Counted from the first letter of the stretch, positions 1 to 10,485 are shown. The stretch: DNA of 64,000 nt from an uncultured delta proteobacterium (GCA_963803435.1 CAWDML010000002.1:96001-160000); one strand, 5' to 3'. The notes: generated by a model from the sequence alone, not told the origin. Numbers and translations: made by a program.

Positions 1-405
1 CTCGGCGAGCTCGCGCTCCACGCGGGCGCGATCTCGGTGGTAGACGAGCAGATCGCCCGGACGGATGGTGCCGTCGCCGACGCGGATCATCGATGGCTGG
101 TACGGTTGCGGATCGCCGTACGCGAGCCAGCGCGTGCGCATGTGCGCGTCACCGAGGTCGAGCCCGGAGCGCGCGAACACGTAGTAGACGAGCTCGGAGC
201 AGGAGAGCGCGAGGGGCGGGCGATCCAGATCCCGCCTCGAGAGATCACCGTTGTTGCGGTAGGCGACGCCTGCTTCCGCCAGCGCATGCGCGATCCGGAG
301 CGCGCGCCGCACCGGCTCGGCAATGCCGGCGAGCTCGGAGGCTTCGAGGATCTCGAGCGGGACGTCTTCCGGTCCGACCCATACGATCGGAAGGCGCAGC
401 GTCAT
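1..405 (-). CDS. NlpC/P60-like cysteine peptidase/amidase (partial, runs off window start)
   Basis: Not in ORF track. ATG at 405, 2 nt after the pal stop, reads MTLRLPIVWVG...LALSCSELVYYVFARSG...IRPGDLLVYH; the CSELVYYVF and PGDLL motifs are typical of NlpC/P60. Confidence 0.65.
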   Translation of the reverse strand, partial: MTLRLPIVWVGPEDVPLEILEASELAGIAEPVRRALRIAHALAEAGVAYRNNGDLSRRDLDRPPLALSCSELVYYVFARSGLDLGDAHMRTRWLAYGDPQPYQPSMIRVGDGTIRPGDLLVYHRDRARVERELAE

Positions 406-407
406 CC

Positions 408-944
408 TCAGTCGTCGATGGTGCCGTGGAGGTCCGCCATCTCTTGCGGCTTCCACGTCACGCGAAACTCGGCGCGGCGATTTTTGGCCCACACGGTCTC
501 GCTGTCGCCCGACATCAACGGCTTCTCCTTGCCGTAGCTGACGAGCGTGAGGCGGCTCCGCTCGATCCCGGCACGAACCATGTAGTCGACGACGCCGCGC
601 GCGCGGCGATCGCCGAGGGCGAGGTTGTATTCGCTGGTGCCGCGGTCGTCGCAGTGGCCCTGGATCTCGATCTTGACCTGCGGATAGCTGCGCATGATCT
701 CCACGTTCTCGATCAGCGCGTTCCGGGTGTCGGCCGACAGATCAGAGGAATCGAACTGGAAGTGGACGCGCTGGAAGTTGGCGATGATGCGCGCGACCGG
801 CTCCGGGACCACTTCCTTCTTGGGCTCCGGGGCCTTCTCGGGCGCTTTCGCGGCGATCGGCTCCTCCACCGGAGGCGTCTTCTTGGCGCATCCGAAGGCG
901 AGGGCGAGACAAGCAAAGACAGAGACGGTGATGGTTCGGTTCAC
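408..944 (-). CDS. pal: Peptidoglycan-associated lipoprotein (OmpA/Pal family)
   Basis: Lipobox AFGC; VHFQFDSS, GHCDDRGTSEYNLALGDRRA, SYGKEKP, KNRRAEF. Confidence 0.9.
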   Translation of the reverse strand: MNRTITVSVFACLALAFGCAKKTPPVEEPIAAKAPEKAPEPKKEVVPEPVARIIANFQRVHFQFDSSDLSADTRNALIENVEIMRSYPQVKIEIQGHCDDRGTSEYNLALGDRRARGVVDYMVRAGIERSRLTLVSYGKEKPLMSGDSETVWAKNRRAEFRVTWKPQEMADLHGTIDD

Positions 945-1016
945 GCACTCTGGGCTAACAGCAAAGGATCCCCGGTGGCAACGAGAGGTGCAGGCGGAGT
1001 TGCGGCCTCGCCGTAT

Positions 1017-2075
1017 TCAGGGCGTTCGGGCGCGGAGACGAAGGCGTGAATAGATGGGAAGGTGGTCGCTGACGGCGCCCGCTTCCTTCACCACGCGAAC
1101 CTCGACCAGCTCCCACCCCGGTCCGTAGAAGAGGTAGTCGAGCTTTCGGTTGGGGGCGTGGGAGGGGAACGTGTTCCACTCCGACTCGTTCTTCGAGAGC
1201 GTATCGGGCGGTACGGTGTCCTGGATCTCGTCGACCGCCCGAAGCGTCGCCACCGTCCGATCGCCCTCGAAGTGGGTCCCAGGCTCGTCTGCGAAGCCGC
1301 TCAGGAGCGTCGCTTCCTCGGGGACCGAGTTGAAGTCACCGCCGAAGATCAGGAGCGGATCGTCCAGTGAGGCGAGGACGCCCGCCAGGTGCGTGGCTTG
1401 GGACTGCCGGTTGGCGGGCCGGAAGGCCTCCAGGTGGATGTTCACCAGGGGCACGCTCCGTTCGCCCAGCTCGATCTCGGCCCGCTGGTCGTAGCGGAAC
1501 AGGTAGAAGAGGTTGTACCAGAACGCGTTCTCCTCGGGCTTCGGCAGCAGCTCGACGCGGTGGCTGACGATCGGGCGCTTGGAGAGAATGGCGCCGCCCG
1601 ACGACATGCGTCCGAACTGGTCCTTGGGCGGCCAGTAGGGAAACGGGAGCCAGTTGGCGCGCCAGCTGACGGCGTAGGCGACGTACGGGAAGCCGGCGCC
1701 CCGGGCCAGGATCGCGGCCTGGTCCTCCCCGTGGCTCCGCGTGCAGTCGAAGTCGACCTCCTGGAGGAAGACCACGTCCGGATCGAGCTTCGCGATCACC
1801 TCGACCATCCGGGCGAGCGACTGATCGAAGTGGGCCTTCTCCTTCGCGCTCCCGCTCCCCTCGCTGCCCCATCCGTAGCCCCAGGCGATGTTCCAGGTGA
1901 GGACGGTGAGCGTGTCGGTGGCGGTGCGGGTCCGGGCCTCGACGCCCTCCAGGTGGCGCGGCGGCGAGTCGTACGTGTGCGGGGTCTGGAGGCCGTCGGC
2001 CATCCACACCACCAGCGCGAACAGCGCGAGGACCGCGAGCAGGACCAGCGCCAGCATCCGTCGGGCTCTCTTCAC
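1017..2075 (-). CDS. Endonuclease/exonuclease/phosphatase family protein, N-terminally anchored
   Basis: TWNI, LQEVD, NIHL, GGDFN, LDYLF, SDHLP motifs. Confidence 0.88.
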   Translation of the reverse strand: MKRARRMLALVLLAVLALFALVVWMADGLQTPHTYDSPPRHLEGVEARTRTATDTLTVLTWNIAWGYGWGSEGSGSAKEKAHFDQSLARMVEVIAKLDPDVVFLQEVDFDCTRSHGEDQAAILARGAGFPYVAYAVSWRANWLPFPYWPPKDQFGRMSSGGAILSKRPIVSHRVELLPKPEENAFWYNLFYLFRYDQRAEIELGERSVPLVNIHLEAFRPANRQSQATHLAGVLASLDDPLLIFGGDFNSVPEEATLLSGFADEPGTHFEGDRTVATLRAVDEIQDTVPPDTLSKNESEWNTFPSHAPNRKLDYLFYGPGWELVEVRVVKEAGAVSDHLPIYSRLRLRARTP

Positions 2076-2087
2076 GCGCGCACCCGC

Positions 2088-2432
2088 TCAGCCGGGCGGC
2101 CAACCCATTTGGCGCCCGCCGAGCAGATGGAGATGAATGTGAAAGACCGTCTGGCCGGCGTCCCCTCCGTTGTTGAACACCAGGCGATAGCCGCCGGAGA
2201 GGCCCTCCGTCTTCGCCAGGTCGCCGGCGACCCGCACCAGGTGTCCCACCAGCGGCTCGTCGCTCTCCTTCAGGTTCTCGACCCGGTCGATCGCCCGCTT
2301 GGGCACCACCAGGATGTGGGTGGGCGCCTGCGGGTTGATGTCGCGGAAGGCCAGGCAGTGATCGTCCTCGAAGACGACGTCGGCCGGAATCTCACGATCG
2401 ATGATCTTCGCGAAGATGGTCTTTTCGGCCAC
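2088..2432 (-). CDS. hinT: Histidine triad (HIT) nucleotide-binding protein
   Basis: [14 protein letters not shown]...[22 protein letters not shown]; start set at GTG 2432. Confidence 0.92.
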   Translation of the reverse strand: MAEKTIFAKIIDREIPADVVFEDDHCLAFRDINPQAPTHILVVPKRAIDRVENLKESDEPLVGHLVRVAGDLAKTEGLSGGYRLVFNNGGDAGQTVFHIHLHLLGGRQMGWPPG

Positions 2433-2464
2433 GACGCGGTCTGTCGCACGAACGACCGCCCGGC

Positions 2465-3484
2465 TCAAGCGTCGAACGCGGAGCGGACGATCGCCTCGGC
2501 CTCGGCCTGCCGGCTCGCGAACGAGCGGGCCAGCGCGCGCTGACCTCGGGCCCGCAGCTCGTTGTGGTGGCTCCGCGACTCGAACCGATCGGCGCGCCAG
2601 CCGAAGTAGGACTCGGCGAGCGCGTCGGCGCCGAAGCGGACGGCCAGCTCGACCATGATCCGGCGGGTGGCCGGAATGATCGCACTGCGCTCGGCGGTGG
2701 TGAGCGCGCCCTGGCTCCCCTCGCCGTAGCCGCGCACCGCGGCCTCGAACAGATCGAGATCGAAGGTGACGTCGGCCGAGTCCTCGCCCTCCGGGTTGCA
2801 CCAGGATCGAAACGCGTCGCCGAGCTCCAGCACCACCGGCATCTTCGCCAGCGTGTCGAGGTCGATCAGCGCGAGGGCCTCGTCGGTCTCAGGATCGAAG
2901 ACGACGTTCGAGATCTTCGGGTCGCCGTGGACGATCCGATCGGGCAGGGCCGGCAAGGGAGGAAGCGCGCGCGCCTCGACCAGCAGGTCCTCGAGGAACG
3001 GCGCGAGCGCGCGATAGCGCCGGTGGCCGGTGTGGGCCTCGAGCGCCGCCGCCAGCGTCCGGATGTGCTTCGCGGTGTCGTGGACGCCCAGCCGGCGATT
3101 CTGGAACTCGTAGGTGAGATCCGACAGCCCCCGGTGGAGCTCGCCCAGCAGCCGTCCGGCGCTCCGGGCCTGGCGGGCGTTCTCCAGCCGATCGCGGACC
3201 ACGCCGTCGAGGAACGTCTGCAGCCGCCAGACGCCCTCGTCCTCCACCCAGAGCGCGCCCTCGGCGGTGCGGATGAGGCGGGCGGTGCGGATGCCCTTGG
3301 CCTCGAGGTGCGCGGTGACCGCCTCGATGTCCTCGTGCACCTTCGCGGTGAAGATCGGGTTGAGCTTCTGCAGGATGAAGCGCTCCCCGCTCCGCTCGAC
3401 CAGGTACGTCTCGTTGATCAGGCCGACCTCGACGCGCGACACGTCCGCGCCCGCCAGCCCGTAGCGATCGAGCACGCGTCTCAC
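2465..3484 (-). CDS. APH-family phosphotransferase (N-acetylhexosamine kinase-like)
   Basis: [28 protein letters not shown]; GTG overlaps upstream TGA (GTGA). Confidence 0.8.
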   Translation of the reverse strand: MRRVLDRYGLAGADVSRVEVGLINETYLVERSGERFILQKLNPIFTAKVHEDIEAVTAHLEAKGIRTARLIRTAEGALWVEDEGVWRLQTFLDGVVRDRLENARQARSAGRLLGELHRGLSDLTYEFQNRRLGVHDTAKHIRTLAAALEAHTGHRRYRALAPFLEDLLVEARALPPLPALPDRIVHGDPKISNVVFDPETDEALALIDLDTLAKMPVVLELGDAFRSWCNPEGEDSADVTFDLDLFEAAVRGYGEGSQGALTTAERSAIIPATRRIMVELAVRFGADALAESYFGWRADRFESRSHHNELRARGQRALARSFASRQAEAEAIVRSAFDA

Positions 3485-5724
3485 GACCACAGGATCCGAC
3501 CCAAGAAGTACACGATCCGCTTGTAGAGCGCCTCCCGCATCCGCGGGTCGGCCACCTGATGCGTCAGGCCGACCAGCGGCAACAGCTCGAAGGGCCGGTT
3601 GGCGCGGAAGAGGGCGTCGGCCAGCTGGAGCGTGTGGGCGAAGTAGACGTTGTCGTCCGCGATCCCGTGGATCAGCATCAGCGGGCGATCCAGGCCCTTG
3701 GCGTAAGTCATCAGGTTGGCCTGGTCGTACGCGCTCCGGTTGTGCTCGGGCGTGCCCAGGTACCGCTCGGTGTAGTGCGTGTCGTAATAGGTCCAGTCGG
3801 CCACCGGTGCGCCCGCCACCGCGACCTTGAAGACGTCGGGTCGCTTCAGCACCGAGAGCGCCGCCAGGTAGCCGCCGAACGACCAGCCGTAGACGCCGAC
3901 CCGCGCCAGGTCGAGCTCCGGATAGCTCTCGGCCAGCGCGCGCAGCCCGGTCACCTGATCCTCGAGCGGGAGATCGCCGAAGCGCTCCTTGAGCGCGCGC
4001 TCGAACGCACGACCGCGGCGGGGCGTGCCGCGCCCGTCGATGCTGACCACCACGAAGCCGTGGTCCGCGATCCACTGGTGCATGAGATAGGCTGCCAGGG
4101 TGTCCTTCACCACCTGGTGACCCGGACCGCCGTACACGTAGACGACCACCGGATACTTCTTCTTCGGCTCGAAGCGGTGCGGCCGCACGATCGCCGCGTA
4201 GAAGCCGCCGGCCCGCTCGCTCGCCACCAGCTCCACGTTGAGCTGGGTCTCGGGCTCCTTGGCGCGCGCCCCGATCTCGTTCTTCTGCTTCTTGTGGTCG
4301 GACTCGACCTTGGCCACCGGGCCGTCGAGCTCGTCCACGCGGTGCACGGTGGTGCGCGGCAGCTCACCCAGGGTGGCGCGCGTGAGCGCGAAGGTGGAGC
4401 CGTCCGAGGAGAAGACCGCCTGGTGCTCGCCGCCCTCCGGCGAGATCCGCTCGGGCGTCCCGCCCTGGAGCGAGGTCCGGTAGAGATGAACCTGGCGTGG
4501 ATCCAGTCCGCCGAGGAACCAGATGAGCTCGCGCTTGGTGTCGACGTACACCAGCGACGAGAAGCCGGCCTCCGGCGGGACGACCACCTTCTTGTCGACC
4601 GTCTTCTTGCCCACGGTGTGGAGCTCGAGCCGCTTGTCGCCGCCCTCCTCGCTGGCCCACAGGTAGCTCTTCCCGTCGGGGAGCCAGCGCGGCGTGCTGT
4701 CGGAGAGGTTGAGCCAGGCGGGGTCCCGCTCCGCGACCAGTGTGGAGGTCTTGCCGGTCTTCGGATCGATCCTGAGATAGAGCTGCGATCGCTGATCGCG
4801 CGACTGCACCAGGATCGTGGGGCCGTTCGTCTTCGGCCAGACGGCGCGCGCCAGATACGGATACTCCTTGCGATCCCACTTCACCTGGACCGCCTGCTTG
4901 CCGTCGGCGCGGACCAGCGTGAGGCGGACCGTGGCGTTGCCGCGTCCGGCGCGCGGATAGGGGAAGGTCAGCGGCGGCTGCTCGGGTCGCGCCGCATCCG
5001 CGATGGTGAAGCGATCGAGCCCGCTGTAGTCGTTCGACTGGTAGAGCAGCGCGTCGCCCTCCGGAGACCACCAGTAGCCCTGGTAGCGGCTCATCTCCTC
5101 CTGCGCCACGAACTCGGCGACGCCGTGCGGCGCCATCGGCGTGCCGTTCTCGGTGATCGCCGTGATCTCGCCCTTGAGGCGGCCGGCCTTGGTGTGCTTC
5201 TCGAGCGCCATCACGTACAGGTTGCTATTGCGGACGAACGCGATCCGATCGCCGCGCGGCGAGAGCCGGGGGTCGAGGATGTCGCCTTCCGGGATCGCCA
5301 CCTCGAACGACTTGCGGCTGGCGCGGTCGTACACGTAGACGCGCCCGGAGAGCTTGACGACGATCCGCTGCCCGTCGGGCGTGAGCGTGAACGCCGTGAA
5401 GCCTCCAGTCTTGATCCGCTGTCGCTCGCGCTCCGCCTTCTCGGCGGCGGACAGCTCCTCGCGCTTGCCGCCCAGCAGGATCTCCGTGGAGAGCAGCAAG
5501 CGCTCCTCTCCGGAGGAGACCTCGTACTCGTACAGATCGGCGTTGGGATCCTTGGCGCCGCTCCTCAGAAACAGCACCGCGCTTCCATCCGGGACCAGCC
5601 GGAAGTGGAAGGGACGACCGAGCGTGAAGTTCTGTGTCACCGCCATCTCCTCGAGCACGGAGGGATCCGGTTCCATCGGGGGCTTGATCTGCATGGCTAA
5701 CACCGCGGCGAACGGGAGGAGCAC
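3481..5724 (-). CDS. S9B dipeptidyl-peptidase IV family peptidase
   Basis: DPPIV N-terminal propeller (AEFVAQEEM, YPRAG), GWSFGG nucleophile, HGIADDNV, LTH; start approximate. Confidence 0.9.
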   Translation of the reverse strand: MLLPFAAVLAMQIKPPMEPDPSVLEEMAVTQNFTLGRPFHFRLVPDGSAVLFLRSGAKDPNADLYEYEVSSGEERLLLSTEILLGGKREELSAAEKAERERQRIKTGGFTAFTLTPDGQRIVVKLSGRVYVYDRASRKSFEVAIPEGDILDPRLSPRGDRIAFVRNSNLYVMALEKHTKAGRLKGEITAITENGTPMAPHGVAEFVAQEEMSRYQGYWWSPEGDALLYQSNDYSGLDRFTIADAARPEQPPLTFPYPRAGRGNATVRLTLVRADGKQAVQVKWDRKEYPYLARAVWPKTNGPTILVQSRDQRSQLYLRIDPKTGKTSTLVAERDPAWLNLSDSTPRWLPDGKSYLWASEEGGDKRLELHTVGKKTVDKKVVVPPEAGFSSLVYVDTKRELIWFLGGLDPRQVHLYRTSLQGGTPERISPEGGEHQAVFSSDGSTFALTRATLGELPRTTVHRVDELDGPVAKVESDHKKQKNEIGARAKEPETQLNVELVASERAGGFYAAIVRPHRFEPKKKYPVVVYVYGGPGHQVVKDTLAAYLMHQWIADHGFVVVSIDGRGTPRRGRAFERALKERFGDLPLEDQVTGLRALAESYPELDLARVGVYGWSFGGYLAALSVLKRPDVFKVAVAGAPVADWTYYDTHYTERYLGTPEHNRSAYDQANLMTYAKGLDRPLMLIHGIADDNVYFAHTLQLADALFRANRPFELLPLVGLTHQVADPRMREALYKRIVYFLGRILWS

Positions 5725-5744
5725 CGCCGACGGTTGTACCAAAC

Positions 5745-6773
5745 TCAGGAGAGACCGGCGAACGAGACCCAGTTGAACACGAAGCGGTCGCGACCCTCGC
5801 TCTTGGCCTGATAGAGCGCCGCGTCCGCGCGCGCAAGGAGATCGCGGGGCTCCTCGCGGAGCCCGAGGACGGCCCCTCCGATGCTGACCGTGAGGGGGAA
5901 CGGCTGTCCGTCGACCTCGGCGGGGCACTCTCGGATGGCGTGGATGATCCGCCGCGCCGCCTGCTCGGCCCCGTCCCGTCCGGTGTTGGGGAGGAGGGCG
6001 ACGAACTCTTCCCCACCGTATCGCGCCACCAGGTCGACCTCGCGCGTCACGCCCCCCAGCCGCCGGGCGACGTGCTCGAGGACCTCGTCGCCGGCGGCGT
6101 GGCCGTGGCGATCGTTGACCTGCTTGAAGTGATCGAGATCCGCCATCAACAGGGTCAGGGGGACCGCGTAGCGGTGGGCCCGATCGACCTCCTCTTTGAG
6201 GCGCTCGGCTAGATGCTGGCGGTTGAACAGCCCCGTCAGCGGGTCGGTGATCGCCATCCGGTACAGGCGCGCGTTCTCGACGTCGAGGACGACGGAGTTG
6301 GCCAGGAAGGACAGCAGCTCCTCGTGCTCCTTGGTGAACCAGCCCTTGGTGGGGTGTGTGGAGCAGATGCAACCGATCGCCTGACCGCGGATGACCAGCG
6401 GGATGGCGAGCAGCGAGCGGATGATCCGGTTCTGGTGCACGAACGCGATGAACCGCGGGTCCTCGGCGGTGTCCGGGATCAGCGCGGTCTCGGCGTTCGC
6501 GATCACCCACCCTGCGACGCCCTCACCGCTCTTGAAGGCGATCTCGCCGCGCTCCTTGGGGGTCAGCCCCTGGGCGGCGCTGCAGAGGAGCCGCTCCCGG
6601 TGGCGATCGAGGAGGAGGACGCTGGTGGTCTCGGCGGCGAGCAGGATCGTGGTCTCGCGGCAGATGGTCTCGAGCAGGACCGACAGCTCGACCCCGCGGT
6701 TCATGACCTGGTTGAGCTCGGAAATGCAGCGGTAGAAGCGCGCGAGGTCCATCGGCTGACTCGCAGGCATCAT
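5745..6773 (-). CDS. GAF-GGDEF diguanylate cyclase
   Basis: GAF domain then TDPLTGLFNR, DLDHFKQVND, RYGGEEF. Confidence 0.92.
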   Translation of the reverse strand: MMPASQPMDLARFYRCISELNQVMNRGVELSVLLETICRETTILLAAETTSVLLLDRHRERLLCSAAQGLTPKERGEIAFKSGEGVAGWVIANAETALIPDTAEDPRFIAFVHQNRIIRSLLAIPLVIRGQAIGCICSTHPTKGWFTKEHEELLSFLANSVVLDVENARLYRMAITDPLTGLFNRQHLAERLKEEVDRAHRYAVPLTLLMADLDHFKQVNDRHGHAAGDEVLEHVARRLGGVTREVDLVARYGGEEFVALLPNTGRDGAEQAARRIIHAIRECPAEVDGQPFPLTVSIGGAVLGLREEPRDLLARADAALYQAKSEGRDRFVFNWVSFAGLS

Positions 6774-6843
6774 GCGCGGTGCAGTGTACGGGCGCTGCAG
6801 TTGGATGTGGTAGACATTCCTCTCCGCTCCTACGTCATACGAC

Positions 6844-7968
6844 TTAGGGACTAACGCTATGCCCGCGCCGAATCTTCCCGGTCAACAGCAAGGCCGGCGG
6901 GAGAGCCAGCGCGACGCTCGGCCCGATCGACTGGGCCACGAAGCCCATGAGGTGCAGCCAGGTCAGCAGCACCAGCGCGATCGCGTGCGCGAGCAGGTAG
7001 ACCTGGATCCGAACAGACCAGCGCGGCCAGAGCTTCCGCCGGGCGCCGATCGCGACCCCGAGGTGGGTCATCGGCAGGACCACGACGTTCCAGTTGTGCC
7101 GCGTGAAGTCGTAGTCGGTCGGCGCCCACAAGAGGAAAACGGCGATCCCGAGCAGTCCGATCAGGAGGCCGAACACGATCGCACCGATCCGGGGCCGCCA
7201 CCCGATGAGGAGGCACAGCGGCGCGAGGACGAAGAGGTAGACGTGGATCCAGGGCCAGGTCCAGCGCGCGTTCTCGTCGATGTGCTTCGACCGGTAGACG
7301 TCCACGGTCTCGCGCACCAGCGGCCGGCCGTCGATCTTGGCGTCGTCGAGGAGCGCGTCGAAGCGCGCCGGTAGGAAAGCCGACTCCCAGACCGTCATGC
7401 GCCGGTCGGTGGCACCGGCGATCGCCAGGTCCACCGCGACGGCCCACAGCCCGTTGCGGCGGATGGCGCCCAGGGCTTCGTCGCGGAAGGTGACGCTGGT
7501 GTAGCGGGTGCGCGCGTCGTGGGAGAGCGCACCGTCGAGCGCGCGATCGATCTCGGCGGCCACGCGCGTCACGCAGTTGTCCTTGAAGTGGTGATAGACG
7601 TAGCGCTGGCGCTGTCCGGCCCGCTGGTAGTTTGCAAGGTGGCTTGCGATCGACTCCGCTTGCTCAGGGGTGAGGTCGAGGACGCGGCGGGTGAGCGTGC
7701 GGTCCTCCTCGACGTAGGTGCGCGCGGTGGCCTCGTACGTGCTCACGCCGACGAACGCCTCCACCTCTCCGCGCAGCATCCGCAGGAAGAAGTCTCCGGA
7801 GAAGTCGACGCTCCCAAAGTTGTAGACGAGATCGCCCCGGAGCGGATCGACCACGCGGATCGCGGAGTGCCCCCAGAACGAGTAGAGGTACGGGCCGGGC
7901 CCCATCGTGATGACCTCGATGCGCGGCGCGGCGGCCAGCGAGAGGAGCAAGGCCGCCCCGACGAGCAT
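6844..7968 (-). CDS. DUF4105/Lnb-like membrane protein
   Basis: YSFWGHSAIRV, YNFG, YHHFKDNCVTR plus C-terminal TM helices. Confidence 0.75.
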   Translation of the reverse strand: MLVGAALLLSLAAAPRIEVITMGPGPYLYSFWGHSAIRVVDPLRGDLVYNFGSVDFSGDFFLRMLRGEVEAFVGVSTYEATARTYVEEDRTLTRRVLDLTPEQAESIASHLANYQRAGQRQRYVYHHFKDNCVTRVAAEIDRALDGALSHDARTRYTSVTFRDEALGAIRRNGLWAVAVDLAIAGATDRRMTVWESAFLPARFDALLDDAKIDGRPLVRETVDVYRSKHIDENARWTWPWIHVYLFVLAPLCLLIGWRPRIGAIVFGLLIGLLGIAVFLLWAPTDYDFTRHNWNVVVLPMTHLGVAIGARRKLWPRWSVRIQVYLLAHAIALVLLTWLHLMGFVAQSIGPSVALALPPALLLTGKIRRGHSVSP

Positions 7969-7999
7969 CGCTCTGTTTTATCTGGTAAGTCTGCCGTTG

Positions 8000-8977
8000 G
8001 TGAATGCCGAAGCGCTGGCGGCCTTCCTGAAGGCCCGGCTGTCGTCGGATCGGACGCGGGACGACTGGCGCCGGGTTCTCGAGGGGGCGTGGGAACACCT
8101 GCTGAGCGTGCCGCTGGAGACATTCCTCGGCTCCGAGGTCGACGCGGTGGTGGAGGCCCACCTGACGCGGGAGCGGATCGTCGATGCAGTGCGGCCGGGC
8201 ATCCGCCTGTGGCTCGAGAGCACGCTCGTGGAGGCGCGCAAGGATGACCGTCCGATCGGGCGGTGGGTGCCCGCCGAGGCGAAGGCGAAGATGCTGGAGC
8301 TGGCCTCGAGGAAGGGGTTCGTCGATCCGCGCTGGGTCGAGCACATCTTTCAGCAGAAGGCGATGGAGGATGTCATCACCGACACGCTCTATCAGTCGCT
8401 GCGCGACTTCTCGACGATCATCCCGAGGCTGGTCGCGAGTCTGACGCCGTCGATCCTCGGGCGGATCGCCAGCATCGGCACCAGCGTCGGCTCGAAGATC
8501 GTCGACGAGATCGAGCGGCGGCTCGAGCCCGAGATCCGGAAGTTTCTCGACAAGGGCGGGCGCAAGGCCCTCGACGGCGCGGCGCGGTTCACGATCGATC
8601 ACCTGGACGATCCGGTGTCGATCGAGGCCCGCAAGAACACGGTCCTCTTCGCGCTGGCGCAGAGCCCTGCCTTTCACGTGGCGCACCTCGACGACGAGAT
8701 GGTCACGGCGATCGACGAGATCGCGGAGGCGATCGCGCTGTCGGTCGCAGACGATCCCGAGACCCGGGCGATCGCGAAGTCCGTGCTCGATCGCCTCCGT
8801 CAGACGCACGGCCCGGCGCCGGTCCGCGCCTGGCTCGAGGTCATCGGCCTGCGGGCGGCCCCACCGTTCGAGGCGTGGGCGGCGGTGAGCTGGCCGTACC
8901 TGAAGACGATCCTGGCCTCGCCGGCGTGCGAGGCGTTCCTCGACCAGCTGGCCGAGGAGGCTGTCGCCGGGTCCTGA
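8000..8977 (+). CDS. Hypothetical helical protein
   Basis: Long ORF with normal composition, divergent from DUF4105 gene; start set at GTG 8000 to avoid overlap. Confidence 0.7.
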   Translation: MNAEALAAFLKARLSSDRTRDDWRRVLEGAWEHLLSVPLETFLGSEVDAVVEAHLTRERIVDAVRPGIRLWLESTLVEARKDDRPIGRWVPAEAKAKMLELASRKGFVDPRWVEHIFQQKAMEDVITDTLYQSLRDFSTIIPRLVASLTPSILGRIASIGTSVGSKIVDEIERRLEPEIRKFLDKGGRKALDGAARFTIDHLDDPVSIEARKNTVLFALAQSPAFHVAHLDDEMVTAIDEIAEAIALSVADDPETRAIAKSVLDRLRQTHGPAPVRAWLEVIGLRAAPPFEAWAAVSWPYLKTILASPACEAFLDQLAEEAVAGS

Positions 8978-8981
8978 CGTC

Positions 8982-9008
8982 CGATCTTGGAGATACGCCC
9001 CAAGATCG
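8982..9008. terminator. Hairpin after CDS (possible terminator or operator)
   Basis: CGATCTTGG-N9-CCAAGATCG just after the stop; no U-tract. Confidence 0.3.
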
Positions 9009-9175
9009 ATCCGGTTTCACTCGGCGCGCGTACGCCCATGAACAGCGTGCGGTCGGAGGCAGTCGTGGAGACCCTGACGAATGAATCGTCGCCGCGACTT
9101 GCGCGGCCCGCGCGCCGATCTGGGCGTCCAGCGCCCCCGCTGGCGCTCGGGTTTTTGCGCTGCTACGGTCCGCCC

Positions 9176-9760
9176 GTGGCGCGGGCGGGGAAGGTCGTGA
9201 GTGAGGCCCTGGCCCCCGAGGATCCCGAGGACGATGCGCGCTTGATCCAGGCCGCGGCCCAGGGGGATCAGGCCGCCGTCGCGGCGCTCTACGACCGCTA
9301 CGCCCCGCTCCTGTCGGCCCTCGGCCACCGGATCCTCGGCAACCCCCGCGAGGTGGAGGACTTGCTGCACGACGTGTTCATCGAGGCCTGGCGGCGCGCC
9401 AAGGACTACGACGCGTCCCGCGGGACCGTCCGGGCCTGGCTGGTGATGCGGATGCGGAGCCGGGCGCTCGATCGGGTCCGCGCCGCCGGGAGGGCCAAGG
9501 TGGTGCTTCAGGAGGAGGGACAGCTGCCAGAGCGCGAGGCGCCGGACGATCCCTCGTTCATCCCGGATCGCGCGCGCGTCCGGGAGGCCGTGGCGAGGCT
9601 CCCCGACGACGTGCGGGTCGTGCTCGAGCTGGGCTACTTCCAGGGGATGACGTCGTCGGAGATCGCGAAGGCCATCTCCGTCCCGATCGGCACCGTGAAG
9701 TCGCGCGTCGCGCGAGGCCTGCAGCTGTTGCGCACCGTGATGCGAGGCGACGAGCCATGA
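9176..9760 (+). CDS. ECF sigma-70 factor (SigK-like)
   Basis: LYDRY, EDLLHDVF, RSRALD, YFQGMTSSEIA, PIGTVKSR. Confidence 0.9.
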   Translation: MARAGKVVSEALAPEDPEDDARLIQAAAQGDQAAVAALYDRYAPLLSALGHRILGNPREVEDLLHDVFIEAWRRAKDYDASRGTVRAWLVMRMRSRALDRVRAAGRAKVVLQEEGQLPEREAPDDPSFIPDRARVREAVARLPDDVRVVLELGYFQGMTSSEIAKAISVPIGTVKSRVARGLQLLRTVMRGDEP

Positions 9761-10368
9761 GTGATCGAGCGCTCGACCTCCTTCCCGAGTATCTGCTCGG
9801 TACCCTCGACGAGCGCACCACCGCCGAGGTCGAGCGTGCGCTGGACGCGTCGCCCGAGCTGGTGGAAGAGCTGCGCTCGATCAGCGCCGCCTTCGAGTCG
9901 TTCGCGACGTCGCTCCCGCCGATCGCGCCGAGGACGGAGACCAAGCAACGCTTGCTCGCCACGATGTCGGAGAACCGCTTCCTCCCTTTCGTCGACGAGC
10001 TCGCGCGCTACTTCGATCTTGCGGTGGACCGGATGAAGACGGTCCTCCGAATGATCGATGATCCTGCGGCGTGGGGGCCGGGGCCGACGGCGGGGATCGA
10101 TCTCATCCACTTCGACGGTGGGGCGAACGCGTTCGCCGCGGACACGGGCTTCGTTCGGTTCCCGGCCGGGTTCGAGTTCCCGATGCACGTGCACCACGGC
10201 CCGGAGCTCAGCTATGTGCTGGAGGGGCGCATCATCGACGACGGGGGCGCCGTCTACGTGCCCGGCGACGCGATGATCAAAGCGGCGGGGTCGCGCCACT
10301 CCCTCCGGGTCGGGTCCGAGCGGGACTGCGTCATCGCCATCGCGCACGTGAGCTACGACTTCGTGTGA
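9757..10368 (+). CDS. Anti-sigma factor with ChrR-like cupin domain
   Basis: ATGA overlap with sigma; LLPEYLLGTLD anti-sigma domain; FPMHVHHGPE..YVLEG...GSRH cupin. Confidence 0.82.
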   Translation: MSDRALDLLPEYLLGTLDERTTAEVERALDASPELVEELRSISAAFESFATSLPPIAPRTETKQRLLATMSENRFLPFVDELARYFDLAVDRMKTVLRMIDDPAAWGPGPTAGIDLIHFDGGANAFAADTGFVRFPAGFEFPMHVHHGPELSYVLEGRIIDDGGAVYVPGDAMIKAAGSRHSLRVGSERDCVIAIAHVSYDFV

Positions 10369-10457
10369 TCGGCCGCGTGCAGGCGGCCGGCTGCGGAGTC
10401 GGGGGCAGCGGGCTGCACGGGTGTTTCACAAGTCGCTGGAATCACTCGGACCAGCGT

Positions 10458-10473
10458 TGGCCCGCGCCGTGCT
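10458..10473 (+). promoter_or_regulatory. Putative sigma54 -24/-12 promoter
   Basis: TGGCCCGCGCCGTGCT has GG-N10-GC spacing; ATG at 10486. Confidence 0.5.
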
Positions 10474-10485
10474 CATGCACCGGGC

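Noticed and set aside
3559-5700. Long antisense or alternate-frame ORFs (also 13508..16180, 48428..49954, 56872..59529, 60620..62446)
   Set aside because: Shadows of real genes caused by high-GC codon bias; Arg/Gly/Pro-rich with no motifs.
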